64,000 nt of DNA from Patescibacteria group bacterium (GTDB lineage: Bacteria > Patescibacteriota > Patescibacteriia > PEXW01), in assembly GCA_041665345.1 (NCBI GenBank), contig JBAYJA010000003.1, forward strand, positions 103,202 to 167,201. The letters run 5' to 3'. The notes below the pieces were generated by a model that was not told the DNA's origin, searched no databases, and was given only the letters and a program-made list of their open reading frames with translations. Below, one piece after another: positions 1 to 8,987 of this stretch. The translations under genes and the position numbers were made by a program. Within the stretch, counting starts at the first letter, position 1; each line of letters starts with the position of its first letter.

Positions 1-117
1 CAAGCTCCCGCCTTCTGTAGCTTTGTTCACAGAGTGGGTTTGCTTCAGCAGAGCATCAACCAGGGTGGTTTTCCCGTGGTCAACGTGAGCGATAATGGCA
101 ACATTGCGGAGGGGCAT
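1..117 (-). CDS. typA: Translational GTPase TypA/BipA, N-terminus only (runs off the window)
   Basis: Minus strand from ATG at 117 reads [26 protein letters not shown], the TypA-type G1 motif. Confidence 0.85.
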   Translation of the reverse strand, partial: MPLRNVAIIAHVDHGKTTLVDALLKQTHSVNKATEGGSL

Positions 118-118
118 A

Positions 119-182
119 CGTTACGAATTACGAATACGGTTACGAATTACGAAAAGATGCTACGAAAATACGAATTACGAAT
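119..182. repeat. Degenerate TTACGAA heptamer tandem repeat
   Basis: About 8 imperfect TACGAA units directly upstream of typA. Confidence 0.8.
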
Positions 183-330
183 GGGGAATGTGAGACAGTA
201 TCGCCCCGTCATACGACGAGGGCAGGCAGCCGTATTGGTTTACGGTTTCGTCACTAGGGGTACGAATCGTTTAACGATTTCCTTCCGCCGTAATCCGATA
301 CGGGTGGCGACCCCCTTCACCGAATTTCCC
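183..330 (+). ncRNA. Unassigned structured RNA candidate
   Basis: Nested helices GGGGAAT/ATTTCCC, TCGCC/GGCGA, CCGTATTGG/CCGATACGG, TTACGG/CCGTAA; G-U pairs favour the + strand. Confidence 0.4.
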
Positions 331-461
331 GACTTCGAAAATATGTAGGACTATCAAAAGCCGCACCTGTGCGGCACAAGCAGTGTAGCCGAGTGAAGGC
401 TTTTGGTCAACCATGTATACTGGGAGTGCCTACGGGTCTCACGCTTATCCCACAAACTCCT

Positions 462-815
462 ATGATGCTCCTCCTCCGCTGGGTTATCAATGCACTCCTC
501 GTCCTGCTCATTGCCTACGTTGTGCCAGGAATCCACGTGGCATCGTTCTGGAATGCCCTGTGGGTGGCGGTGGCTTTTGGTATTATCAATGCGGTAGTTC
601 GGCCTATTTTGCTGGTTCTGACCCTGCCGATTTCCCTAATTACCTTGGGTTTATTCACCCTGGTGCTCAATGCGGCGCTCTTCTGGTTCGTCAGTACCGT
701 GGTGAAAGGCTTTACGGTGGATAGTTTTATGGCCGCTTTTGTGGGTTCTTTGATCCTGTGGGTAGCCAGCTTTGTGACTAATCGGCTGCTCCACACCGCC
801 AAAGCAGTGGTCTAG
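462..815 (+). CDS. 4-TM phage holin family / YvlD-like membrane protein
   Basis: LLRWVINAL...NAVVRPILLVLTLPISLITLGLFTLVLNA motif. Confidence 0.85.
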   Translation: MMLLLRWVINALLVLLIAYVVPGIHVASFWNALWVAVAFGIINAVVRPILLVLTLPISLITLGLFTLVLNAALFWFVSTVVKGFTVDSFMAAFVGSLILWVASFVTNRLLHTAKAVV

Positions 816-1028
816 CACGGGTAGGTTATCCACATTCAGCCCACACCCCAGAGAAGTAACTTGGAGAAGTCTTTTCTTGGCTAATCTAAGCTAAAATATA
901 ACGTTTTTATCCTGGTCTCGCCCTTTGCTTTCTGGGGTTTTGCCTTGACTTATCCCAGGGGTGTGTTACAGTACCCCGTTCTAGAGGAACCTCCCGAAAT
1001 TGGGAGTTTTTCGTATTGATATTACCCT

Positions 1029-1568
1029 ATGCATTTTACCCGCAAGCAGTGGCGCCGTGCTCGATTGGTGCTCCAGATTCTGGTGGCACTCCTCACCTGG
1101 CAATTCGCCTTCCCCCAGCATGCTTTTGCCCAAGTGGTGGAAAGTACGCCGGAAGTGACTGAACAAACAACCACCATTCTTCCGCCCGATGTGGCGCCTG
1201 CCCCGGCCGTGCCCCCAGCAGTGCTGGAGGTGCCAAAACCGCCGGTTCCCAAGGACAAGCCACCCCGGCCAGTGGCCAAGGCACGAACAGTGGTGATGAC
1301 CGCCTACTCGTCTACAGTAGACCAGACCGACGGTGACCCGTTTACCACGGCCTCTGGGCAAAAGGTGCGGGATGGGATTATTGCCATGAATGGCGTCCCC
1401 TTTGGCACTAAGGTCCGGATCCCTGAGAAGTTTGGGAATAAGGTCTTCGTGGTGCAGGATCGGATGAACAGCCGCTATGGTTCTGCCCGCGCAGACATCT
1501 GGATGAAAACCCGCCATGACGCCAAGCAGTGGGGCGTGAAGCGGGTGAAGGTGGAAATTTTAAAGTAA
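1029..1568 (+). CDS. Secreted 3D-domain (cell-wall lytic-like) protein
   Basis: Signal peptide, Pro-rich linker, TAYSS...TASG...IA...PFGT...VVQDR...DIW. Confidence 0.85.
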   Translation: MHFTRKQWRRARLVLQILVALLTWQFAFPQHAFAQVVESTPEVTEQTTTILPPDVAPAPAVPPAVLEVPKPPVPKDKPPRPVAKARTVVMTAYSSTVDQTDGDPFTTASGQKVRDGIIAMNGVPFGTKVRIPEKFGNKVFVVQDRMNSRYGSARADIWMKTRHDAKQWGVKRVKVEILK

Positions 1569-1624
1569 GACACTGGACTGGCGCATCTCGCGCCAGTCTT
1601 TTGTTAGTGGTAGGATTTCTGTAG

Positions 1625-1711
1625 GCCAGGATGGCGGAATTGGTATACGCTGGAGACTTAAAATCTCCCGCCCGTAAGGGATTGAGGGTTCGACTCCCTC
1701 TCCTGGCACCA
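1625..1711 (+). tRNA. tRNA-Leu(UAA)
   Basis: GCCAGGA/TCCTGGC acceptor stem, GGAGA-CTTAAAA-TCTCC anticodon arm, long variable arm, GTTCGA, encoded CCA. Confidence 0.95.
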
Positions 1712-1719
1712 GGTGTTCA

Positions 1720-1807
1720 TCACACTTTCCGCCAAAGGCGGATCCGCCTCTGGCGGAAAAATGTCGTCCCGAAAGGGTTGTCGGTTCGAATCCGACCGGC
1801 GGTACCA
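1720..1807 (+). pseudogene. 3' half of a second, different tRNA-Leu with a palindrome in its anticodon loop
   Basis: Variable arm CCC-GAAA-GGG, T arm GTCGG-TTCGAAT-CCGAC, ACCA end; 30-nt palindrome at 1728-1757; no 5' half. Confidence 0.75.
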
Positions 1808-2000
1808 GCTCGTTTCGTGCTCCGCCCTGCGTGTAGCCGTTGCTACGGCTCCACTCCGGACTTTGCACGAAGCCTCGCTTTACCCCATTGATCGGTGCTC
1901 GCCCCAGAGCGGGCTGCGCTTCCGCTCAACGGGGACCCCGAAAAAACCCTGCTCCCCATTCGACTTTGCTCAGGGTGCGCGCCACATCTGTGGGGACCCC
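1808..2000 (+). repeat. tRNA-associated structured repeat, copy A
   Basis: GCTCGTTTCG...CGAAGCCTCGCTTTACCCC...GGGGACCCC following a CCA. Confidence 0.8.
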
Positions 2001-2122
2001 ACAAGATAGAGCAATATGTATGAAACCTATTCAGAATACAATGTTGCTGGAGATACATGCTTCTGATTTTATGAAGCAGTATAAAATTTCCCAGTAGGAG
2101 TCTTGGGATTTCAGGTAAAACT

Positions 2123-2620
2123 ATGTTCTACAACTTCTGTCCAAAGTGCGGACATACATACTCGCATACGGAGAACCCGCACGCACTGGAGTGTAGTCAT
2201 TGCCATTTTACTTTTTTTCAACACTCAAAACCCACTGCGAGTGTGCTCATTGTTGATGGTCGGAAACTCCTGTTAGGCAAACGCCGAGTAGAGCCATCAA
2301 AGGGACAATGGGATGTTATCGGTGGGTTCTTGGAGTATGGCGAATCCCCGTCTGCAGGAGCAGCACGAGAAGCAAAGGAGGAAACTGGCCTCGATGTTGA
2401 GACGCATGATTTCTTAGGCTTTTTTATGGATACGTACGGTTCAGAAAAAGAAGCCACATTGAACATGTGCTTTGTGGGCACTGTTGTGGGCGGTGAACTT
2501 ACGCCAGGTGATGATATTGCAGAACTTCGGTGGTTTGCCATTTCGGATATCCCAAAAGCAATCGCCTTTCAAAATGGCCGCGACATGATTGATGCTTGGC
2601 TAGCGCAACTTTCTCCGTAG
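2123..2620 (+). CDS. NUDIX hydrolase with N-terminal Zn ribbon
   Basis: CPKC/CSHC; Nudix box GGFLEYGESPSAGAAREAKEETG. Confidence 0.9.
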   Translation: MFYNFCPKCGHTYSHTENPHALECSHCHFTFFQHSKPTASVLIVDGRKLLLGKRRVEPSKGQWDVIGGFLEYGESPSAGAAREAKEETGLDVETHDFLGFFMDTYGSEKEATLNMCFVGTVVGGELTPGDDIAELRWFAISDIPKAIAFQNGRDMIDAWLAQLSP

Positions 2621-2628
2621 TGGCTTTC

Positions 2629-4401
2629 CTACTCTTCCCAAACGCTAGGTGTTGCGGCAATGTTTGGTGAGCCCGTGTAGCTGATAATTTGATTGGTATC
2701 CTTCGCCGTTATGGGCGCTGGATTTTTGCTCGATGCCTTCTCTTTGAGCCACTGTCCCAGGAGGTGCTTTTGCGATACCTGGTCTACCGCGTAGATTTTT
2801 CCTTCACCATTGCCATTTGCAATGAGTGCCACGGCTTGCATGGCCGCAATGTACATGAGGCTGCGGGTCAGGACAATATCCTCGCTTGGGGTTGCGTCTT
2901 TTTCGCGATCAAAATTAAAGGGGTAGCCGCCGTTGAGTACGGTTAGGGTGAAGCCCGCATGAACGTGCACTTTACGGGCGGCGAAAGGCTCGTTCGTTGG
3001 TAGCCCAAGCTTGAGTATTGAAGCAAATTCAACATCCGCTGAAGAAGCGCTGACCAGAATTTTGTTACCAGCCACTCGCTCAAGCGCAATCCCCTTTAGC
3101 GCATCTGTACCAGTGGTGCTAATCACAACTTCGTTGTCATTGAGCAATGCATCAATTGAGGCAGCGGTATTTTTCAATCCGACAGCAGCGCTAGCATCGT
3201 ATGACTGCGTGGAGAGGTTTTGCTTTTGCAAACAGGCGGCAATGGCTTGGCCAATGCTACCCATACCCAAGATGCCAATTTTTGTGGTGGGCGTCAGGAT
3301 TTTTTCCTGGAGCAGTTTGTCCACAATGGATTGCCCAATGAACTGTGATTCCAGAAGTTTCTTTATCCCGCTGGAGGCAACGCTCACGATGGGTGGGATG
3401 CGAAGGCCGTGGCTGGTAATCCGGGTTATGCCGCGTTGTGTTTGCTCCACTCCCGCAACCCGTACATTCGCCAGCTTGTCCCAGGGGAGGGAGAGCCAAA
3501 TATCACCACCGTCATCCACGATTAGCAGGTTTTTTGCCTTGCTCCGGCCCAGCTCTTCCAAGATTTTTGCCCAGAGGATTTCTACACTCTTCTGCACTGC
3601 GAATTCGTACGGCATGCCAGGTTCCATTCGCACTTGGACAACCTCGCATCCCGCTTGCACCAGGTTGGTGTAGGTTGCGCGCACGGTGGAATAGGGTTTT
3701 TCCAAAACGAACATTCGGCCAAAACCCACCAGGTGTGCTAGATGGCGGAACAATGGCTCATTATTCGGCAGCAAATGCGTGTGGGCGATGATGAGGTAGT
3801 CCCCCAACCGGGATTTCGTGGTGTGGCTCGCGACCCAGTCCAGGAGTGGGAGGGTCGTCAGCGGCTGCGGGACGCGATCGTTCCTGGCTAGCTCGGTAAG
3901 GTATACACGGAAGTCCCCCTGTGATTGGAGCGTTGCAGCACTGAAGAACAGAATTTCCGTGTGCTCATTTGCAACTAGCGTCCAGTCGCCAATATTCCGC
4001 GTGCGCTGCGTCAGCAGCCAATCGCTCGTTTCGAAAAGTCCAAGGAAGTCACCCGTGGAAAGTCGCTTGGTTGCCTTGCCGCCTTTTCGCACAACTACCT
4101 CACCTTTGAGGATGAGTCCCAAAGGGACAAAAGCGTACGTAAAAGCTGGGGTTTCTGGAAAATCGTTCGTCATTTTTCCTTGATCCACAATTGGCTGCAG
4201 TTTTGCATACTGGCCAATGAGAAACCCTTGCTCAGGCGAGTCAATCGCAGCAACTTGAGAAAAAAAAGTTTGCAACGCTTGGACATTTGCTCGCGCGGTA
4301 GAACCTAAGGTGTTGTAGGTCTCCGTAAGCTGCTGCAATAGCAATCCAGCCTGGCCAGCATCCAGTGTTGTGTACGGTTTGGTACGAAGTGCTGTTTCCA
4401 T
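2629..4401 (-). CDS. cNMP-binding-like domain fused to an S-adenosylhomocysteine hydrolase-like domain
   Basis: LILKGEVVV...LSTGDFLGLFE (cNMP-like); AHTHLL, IVDDGGD, VEQTQRG, GMGSIG (AdoHcyase-like). Confidence 0.6.
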   Translation of the reverse strand: METALRTKPYTTLDAGQAGLLLQQLTETYNTLGSTARANVQALQTFFSQVAAIDSPEQGFLIGQYAKLQPIVDQGKMTNDFPETPAFTYAFVPLGLILKGEVVVRKGGKATKRLSTGDFLGLFETSDWLLTQRTRNIGDWTLVANEHTEILFFSAATLQSQGDFRVYLTELARNDRVPQPLTTLPLLDWVASHTTKSRLGDYLIIAHTHLLPNNEPLFRHLAHLVGFGRMFVLEKPYSTVRATYTNLVQAGCEVVQVRMEPGMPYEFAVQKSVEILWAKILEELGRSKAKNLLIVDDGGDIWLSLPWDKLANVRVAGVEQTQRGITRITSHGLRIPPIVSVASSGIKKLLESQFIGQSIVDKLLQEKILTPTTKIGILGMGSIGQAIAACLQKQNLSTQSYDASAAVGLKNTAASIDALLNDNEVVISTTGTDALKGIALERVAGNKILVSASSADVEFASILKLGLPTNEPFAARKVHVHAGFTLTVLNGGYPFNFDREKDATPSEDIVLTRSLMYIAAMQAVALIANGNGEGKIYAVDQVSQKHLLGQWLKEKASSKNPAPITAKDTNQIISYTGSPNIAATPSVWEE

Positions 4402-4476
4402 AGGCTGAGTATAGGTACCCACTGGGAACAAGACAAACACCCCGTGGCCGGTTAGCCAACGAGTGTTTTGATGTCG

Positions 4477-4932
4477 TTAGTTCGTTACCGTCACCGTGCC
4501 CATCATCATGGTCGGGTGGATGTCACAGTGGTAGGGGAAGCTGCCGACGGCGTTGAACGTGAAGGAGAAGGTTTGCCCAGGTGCAATGCGGCTGCTGGCA
4601 AATTCATTTTTATCCCCGGCAATGATATGGGTCACACTGTCATTGTTGGTCCAGGTTACTTTCGTGCCTTTTTTCACGGAGATGGTTTGCGGGCTGAAGG
4701 CGAAGTTCTGCATGTTCACGCTTTCGGTTGCAGTGGTGACGGTAGTGTTCGTTGCAGCTGTATTGGCATTTGCGTTGTCCAGGTTTGACAGGTTCGTGTT
4801 TGCGACAGCAGTATTCACGTTTGCCGAATTCGTCACTGCAGTATTGGTACTGGCCTGCTTACTGCAGGCAGCGGTAACCAGCACAACAGCAAGAGCCAAG
4901 GGAAGAATAGTCATCAAACTGCGCTTGGACAT
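4477..4932 (-). CDS. Cupredoxin/plastocyanin-like lipoprotein
   Basis: Lipobox-like TAAC, N/T-rich linker, WTNND..H, YHCDIHP..M type-1 copper ligands. Confidence 0.9.
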   Translation of the reverse strand: MSKRSLMTILPLALAVVLVTAACSKQASTNTAVTNSANVNTAVANTNLSNLDNANANTAATNTTVTTATESVNMQNFAFSPQTISVKKGTKVTWTNNDSVTHIIAGDKNEFASSRIAPGQTFSFTFNAVGSFPYHCDIHPTMMMGTVTVTN

Positions 4933-5126
4933 AGGGCAAAGAGATTATTGGACGAGGCGATTGCACATCGCTTTGCTCCACTATACCCCTGTTCGGAGTT
5001 GTGGAACAGAGCTGAACATACTCTTGGGTATTTGCGAAAAATTCGGCGGTGGCAAAGGCCAGGCAGAAAGCCAGCAGGGTAAAGGCTCTTTTTATGCCTC
5101 AAACCCTAGACGTGTGCACTGCCGTG

Positions 5127-6683
5127 CTACCTCCTTATGAGCGAAGTGAGTTTTGCGGTACTTTTTAGTGTGGGTTTCTTCACCATGCGTGCCTCGACCG
5201 TGGCAGTAAATTTTTGGTACTTGGTTTTTTTTGGTGAGGTGAGGCGGACAACGAAGGTCTGCGTTTGACCCGAGACAATGACTGCTGTGGCAGATTTTTT
5301 CTTATTCACGGTTGCGGCCCAACCTTTGGGCAGGTTCGTGACGCGGAGTTCTGCTGTACGCCCTCCGCAGAGCACAGAGTTATGCTTCACGGTGACGTTG
5401 AAGCTGAGTTCTTGGCCGGGTTTCCCAATGCTTTTTATGGCTTTGGCGGTTACGGAGGGTGCTTTCCACTCGCAAAGCGATTCCCCGGTGAACCGCACCC
5501 GAATAGCCATGGCGGATGCATTCCGCGCCAGCACGCCAAAACTGACACCAGCCACGGGGTCGCTATAACTTGAACCAAGCGGCAGCGCTGGGTCGTAGAT
5601 ATCCATACCTCCACGCTGTGAACCCGGGGTCATGTCCAGTATCGTTGAACTGAACCGGGTGCCGGTAGAGTTTCCCATGTGGACGAGAACACCATTTGGT
5701 ACGCCCAATTGCTGCATGGTTGGAATGTAGCCAGTCACATTATCAAATCCGATGGACTGCCGGTATTCCAGGTAGTACCAACTAGTCACGTCGCCGTTGG
5801 CATCGCGAGCCTGGGGAATTTTCAGCACCTTTGGGCCAACGCCTGCGAGTTGGTATGGATATATAGTGAAGTCTTTTGATTGCGTTACCGTAATGACATC
5901 CGCTGGTGGTAGCCAGCCATAGTTCTCCCGTTGCTGCGCCGTCAAGAGCAACGACCGCGAGCCAGTTGCCCCCATGATATTGTAGTGGTCGGCATATTCA
6001 ACCTCCCTGCAGTTCGTGCCATTGATGACGGCCGGTGGGTCACATTGCCAAGAATTCGCGTGCGCCAATCCCATTAAGTGTGCCAGCTCATGGTGTGGAT
6101 TGCTGCCCATATTGCCGTTGATGTCCACAATGCCGTACCGTACATTCCCCGCTTCGGGCACTGGTGTATGCGACGCCAGACCTTCTGCGCCACACAGCTT
6201 CTGCCTGGAGAGCACCATGATCGTGTTGTACTGCGTATAGTCAATATCGGCGTCGGCTGCCGCAATTGCATCGCCGAAGTATGAGGTCCAATCACAGTCC
6301 CCGTCAGTCTCCGTCGCCGGCGTATCAATGACGTACCATGACCCGTTATTGTCGAACACATCGCCAGTGACGGAAACTTCGCCATTGGAAACTTCCGTAA
6401 AATACGAGGCCATGGAGTACGTATTGGAAAAGAGTTCGCCAGTCACAAAATTCTTTGTCCATGGATTTTTGGTACCGTAGATTTTTGGTTTTGTGGGATT
6501 ATCGGTAAAGGTTACCAGGATGACGGCAACTTTATAATTCGGGAAGGCTTCCAAGTAATTGTAACTAGTTGGAGCCGCCACGTAGCCTGCTTTCACCTGC
6601 AAGGGGAAAAGGAGTATTGCGATACACGTGACGAATACGCCGGTAGCGATGATTTTTTGGAGGGAGCGTGTGTATTGGTTCAT
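5127..6683 (-). CDS. Secreted zinc metalloprotease (M11/M6-like) with C-terminal Ig-like domain
   Basis: HELAHLMGLAH zinc motif, EYAD..NIMG Met-turn, YYLEYRQ. Confidence 0.8.
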   Translation of the reverse strand: MNQYTRSLQKIIATGVFVTCIAILLFPLQVKAGYVAAPTSYNYLEAFPNYKVAVILVTFTDNPTKPKIYGTKNPWTKNFVTGELFSNTYSMASYFTEVSNGEVSVTGDVFDNNGSWYVIDTPATETDGDCDWTSYFGDAIAAADADIDYTQYNTIMVLSRQKLCGAEGLASHTPVPEAGNVRYGIVDINGNMGSNPHHELAHLMGLAHANSWQCDPPAVINGTNCREVEYADHYNIMGATGSRSLLLTAQQRENYGWLPPADVITVTQSKDFTIYPYQLAGVGPKVLKIPQARDANGDVTSWYYLEYRQSIGFDNVTGYIPTMQQLGVPNGVLVHMGNSTGTRFSSTILDMTPGSQRGGMDIYDPALPLGSSYSDPVAGVSFGVLARNASAMAIRVRFTGESLCEWKAPSVTAKAIKSIGKPGQELSFNVTVKHNSVLCGGRTAELRVTNLPKGWAATVNKKKSATAVIVSGQTQTFVVRLTSPKKTKYQKFTATVEARMVKKPTLKSTAKLTSLIRR

Positions 6684-6750
6684 GAAACTAGTATACACCA
6701 GGGTGAGTTATGCAAAAGCTAACCCCGTAACTCCCCCTGTTCTATTTTTT

Positions 6751-6884
6751 GGGCTCCCCACAGATGTGGCGCGCAACCCCGTCTTCGGGGTGAGCACGCG
6801 TCTGTGGGGTAAAGCGAGGCTTCGAGCGGAATCCGAAGTAGCCTCGCAGCAACGGGGCTACGAAGGGTGGAGCTCGAAACGAGC
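6751..6884 (-). repeat. tRNA-associated structured repeat, copy B
   Basis: Same motif as copy A on the minus strand. Confidence 0.8.
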
Positions 6885-6904
6885 TGGAGCGGGTGATGGG
6901 ATTC
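6885..6904 (-). repeat. 20-nt exact duplicate of the tRNA-Gly 3' end
   Basis: TGGAGCGGGTGATGGGATTC identical to 7059-7078. Confidence 0.85.
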
Positions 6905-7058
6905 CCCCTTCGGGGCCTGGGTTGCCCGGCGCCTCCGGCGCATCGGTCAACCCTGCTCATCCCAACGCGAGGCAAGCAGTTGCCTCGCTTCACCTCCAGG
7001 CCTTCCAAGGTGACAATTGTAGGTAGCAAAAAATACCTTGGAATTTTTAACTAAGGTC

Positions 7059-7133
7059 TGGAGCGGGTGATGGGATTCGCACCCACGGCCTCTTCCTTGG
7101 CAAGGAAGCGTTCTACTGCTGAACTACACCCGC
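7059..7133 (-). tRNA. tRNA-Gly(GCC)
   Basis: GCGGGTG/CACCCGC acceptor stem, CTTCC-TTGCCAA-GGAAG, T-loop TGCGAAT, TCCA end. Confidence 0.93.
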
Positions 7134-7157
7134 ATAGTATTTATTGAATTTTTTTCG

Positions 7158-7225
7158 GGGGTCCCCGCAGATGTGGCGCGCAGTCCCGCTGCGGGACGAG
7201 CACGCGTCTGTGGGGTAAAGCGAGC
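7158..7225 (-). repeat. tRNA-associated structured repeat, copy C (short form)
   Basis: CCA-GCTCGCTTTACCCCACAGA...TCTGCGGGGACCCC. Confidence 0.75.
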
Positions 7226-7325
7226 TGGCCTGCCAGCCGAAGCTTAGAGAAAACACTTTATGTCCTCCTACGCTCGGAAGCTTCGGAGGACAGCCTTCGC
7301 TCTCGCCAGAGCTCGTTGCGAAGGC

Positions 7326-7400
7326 TGGAGGCCACGGGCGGGATCGAACCGCCGAATAAGGGTTTTGCAGACCCTCGCCTTACCACTTGGCTACGTGGCC
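7326..7400 (-). tRNA. tRNA-Cys(GCA)
   Basis: GGCCACG/CGTGGCC acceptor stem, AGGGT-CTGCAAA-ACCCT, TCCA end. Confidence 0.95.
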
Positions 7401-7469
7401 GCGCGCCCTTACCTCGCCCTGCTACAGGGCACAACCCATGCTACCAGACTCCCCTTGCAACGGCAACCC

Positions 7470-8573
7470 TTACCGATGGTCTGCGCCAACAGCCTGGCTC
7501 ACATTGGAGAATCCATCCCGTTGCAAAAGTGCCAGGAGACGCTTGTTGACGTGCTGAATGGTGGCTGGACCCCCAAAGATGAAACCGGTAATGAGCTGTA
7601 CCAGATTTGCGCCAGCGCGGATTTTTTCGTAGGCATGGTCACCGGTAAAAATGCCGCCTGTACCAATCAAAGTCAGTTTCCCCTGCGCGAGAGCGTATGC
7701 CCGTCGTATCGTTTCTGTGGAGAGGTTGCGAACAGGTTTGCCCGATAACCCACCTGGCCAGTCTGGATTATGGTCTGCTGGAAAATCTAGGAGCGTTCGG
7801 GCTTTGGCTTTGTCCTTGAGAAGATTGCCAATGACCAACCCTTGCATCTCGTACTTGCGTGCCAGATCTACAATTGCTTGAAGGTCGTTCTCATTCGTAT
7901 CTGGGCTGATCTTCAGGTAGGTTGGTTTACGAATATTGCCATTTTGTCGAGCTTTGTGCAGTGCCTGGAGCAATGGTTCAAGGGCTTGGGGATTGCTGAA
8001 TGGGGTGCCATCAGGAGTATTTGGGCAACTTAAGTTTATTGTGGTGTAGGCTCCTATTGCCCTCAGCCGAACGTAGGAAAGGACGTAATCCGCAATTGCT
8101 GCTTGGCCTATGCAGTCCGGTTGATTTGACTTTGCAATGGAAACGCCAAAGGGCATTTCCACGCGTGTGCGTTCCAGTCGCTGAGCAACGCGTTCCACCC
8201 CCTGGCTCCGTAAACCATAGTTCACCACCAGGGATTCGTTGCGCACCATGCGCCTGGCCCAGGGTTTGGGGTTGCCGGTGTAGGGCCGACCGGTAATGGA
8301 GCCAACTTCTGAAAAGCCAAAACCAAAGGTTTGCGCAAAATGGAGGTTGTGACCGTCCTTATCAAAACCCGCGGATAGGCCAATGGGGTTTTGGTATAGC
8401 ACGCCATCCACGGTTGTCTGTAGGGCCGGATGCTGCACCTGGAGAATGTGACGAAGCGCATGCCCAAGGATTGGCGTGCGTGCGGCAAATTCACTGCCGG
8501 TTGCTACGATTGGGTGAATGGTGTCTGGTGAGAAACGGTAGAGGATGGGTCGGAGGACGTGACGGTAGAGCAT
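7470..8573 (-). CDS. pyrD: Quinone-dependent dihydroorotate dehydrogenase (class 2)
   Basis: NPIGLSAGFDK, GNPKP, INLSCPNT, KISPD, GGLSG. Confidence 0.92.
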   Translation of the reverse strand: MLYRHVLRPILYRFSPDTIHPIVATGSEFAARTPILGHALRHILQVQHPALQTTVDGVLYQNPIGLSAGFDKDGHNLHFAQTFGFGFSEVGSITGRPYTGNPKPWARRMVRNESLVVNYGLRSQGVERVAQRLERTRVEMPFGVSIAKSNQPDCIGQAAIADYVLSYVRLRAIGAYTTINLSCPNTPDGTPFSNPQALEPLLQALHKARQNGNIRKPTYLKISPDTNENDLQAIVDLARKYEMQGLVIGNLLKDKAKARTLLDFPADHNPDWPGGLSGKPVRNLSTETIRRAYALAQGKLTLIGTGGIFTGDHAYEKIRAGANLVQLITGFIFGGPATIQHVNKRLLALLQRDGFSNVSQAVGADHR

Positions 8574-8666
8574 GCAAAAAGTGTACCACACAGTGGTTTA
8601 CGTTGACTGGCTGTCAGCTCCTCGTGAGGCAGCACAAGCGCAACTTGTGCTGCGGGCAAGAGCAGC

Positions 8667-8921
8667 TTACTTCTGCATAGGCTGCATCGGCTGTGCCGCT
8701 GCGTCTTTCTTGGCAAAGGCCATAATGAGCATGTACAGTGCGCTGAGGCCAACCAAAATGTAGACAATTTTCGCTATGGTCGCATCGCTTCCAATTTCAT
8801 TGGTACCCTTAAAAATTGCACCCACGAGATCAAATTTTGCAACGCCAACCAAGCCCCAATTTAGGCCACCAATGATGAGGAGAACCATAGCGATCCAGTC
8901 GAGGACGGACATTTTTTTCAT
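8667..8921 (-). CDS. DUF378 family small membrane protein
   Basis: LLIIGGLNWGLVG...IVYILVGLSALY; AGGAGG SD. Confidence 0.88.
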   Translation of the reverse strand: MKKMSVLDWIAMVLLIIGGLNWGLVGVAKFDLVGAIFKGTNEIGSDATIAKIVYILVGLSALYMLIMAFAKKDAAAQPMQPMQK

Positions 8922-8987
8922 ACGATCCACCTCCTTTCACTCCTTACGTTACCTTGCTGATAGTATACCGCATTTGCAAGGGGGCGA

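Noticed and set aside
119-182. Possible CRISPR array or DnaA-box cluster
   Set aside because: Only imperfect 7-mers with no spacers and no cas genes; similar short tracts at about 55229-55260 and 55907-55940 suggest generic intergenic tandem repeats
240-260. Hammerhead ribozyme (minus-strand CTAGTGACGAAAC)
   Set aside because: No CUGANGA core with a proper stem II, and no cleavage-site helix found
462-815. Prophage suggested by the holin-family gene
   Set aside because: This family is a common chromosomal membrane protein, and no phage structural, terminase or integrase genes are in the window
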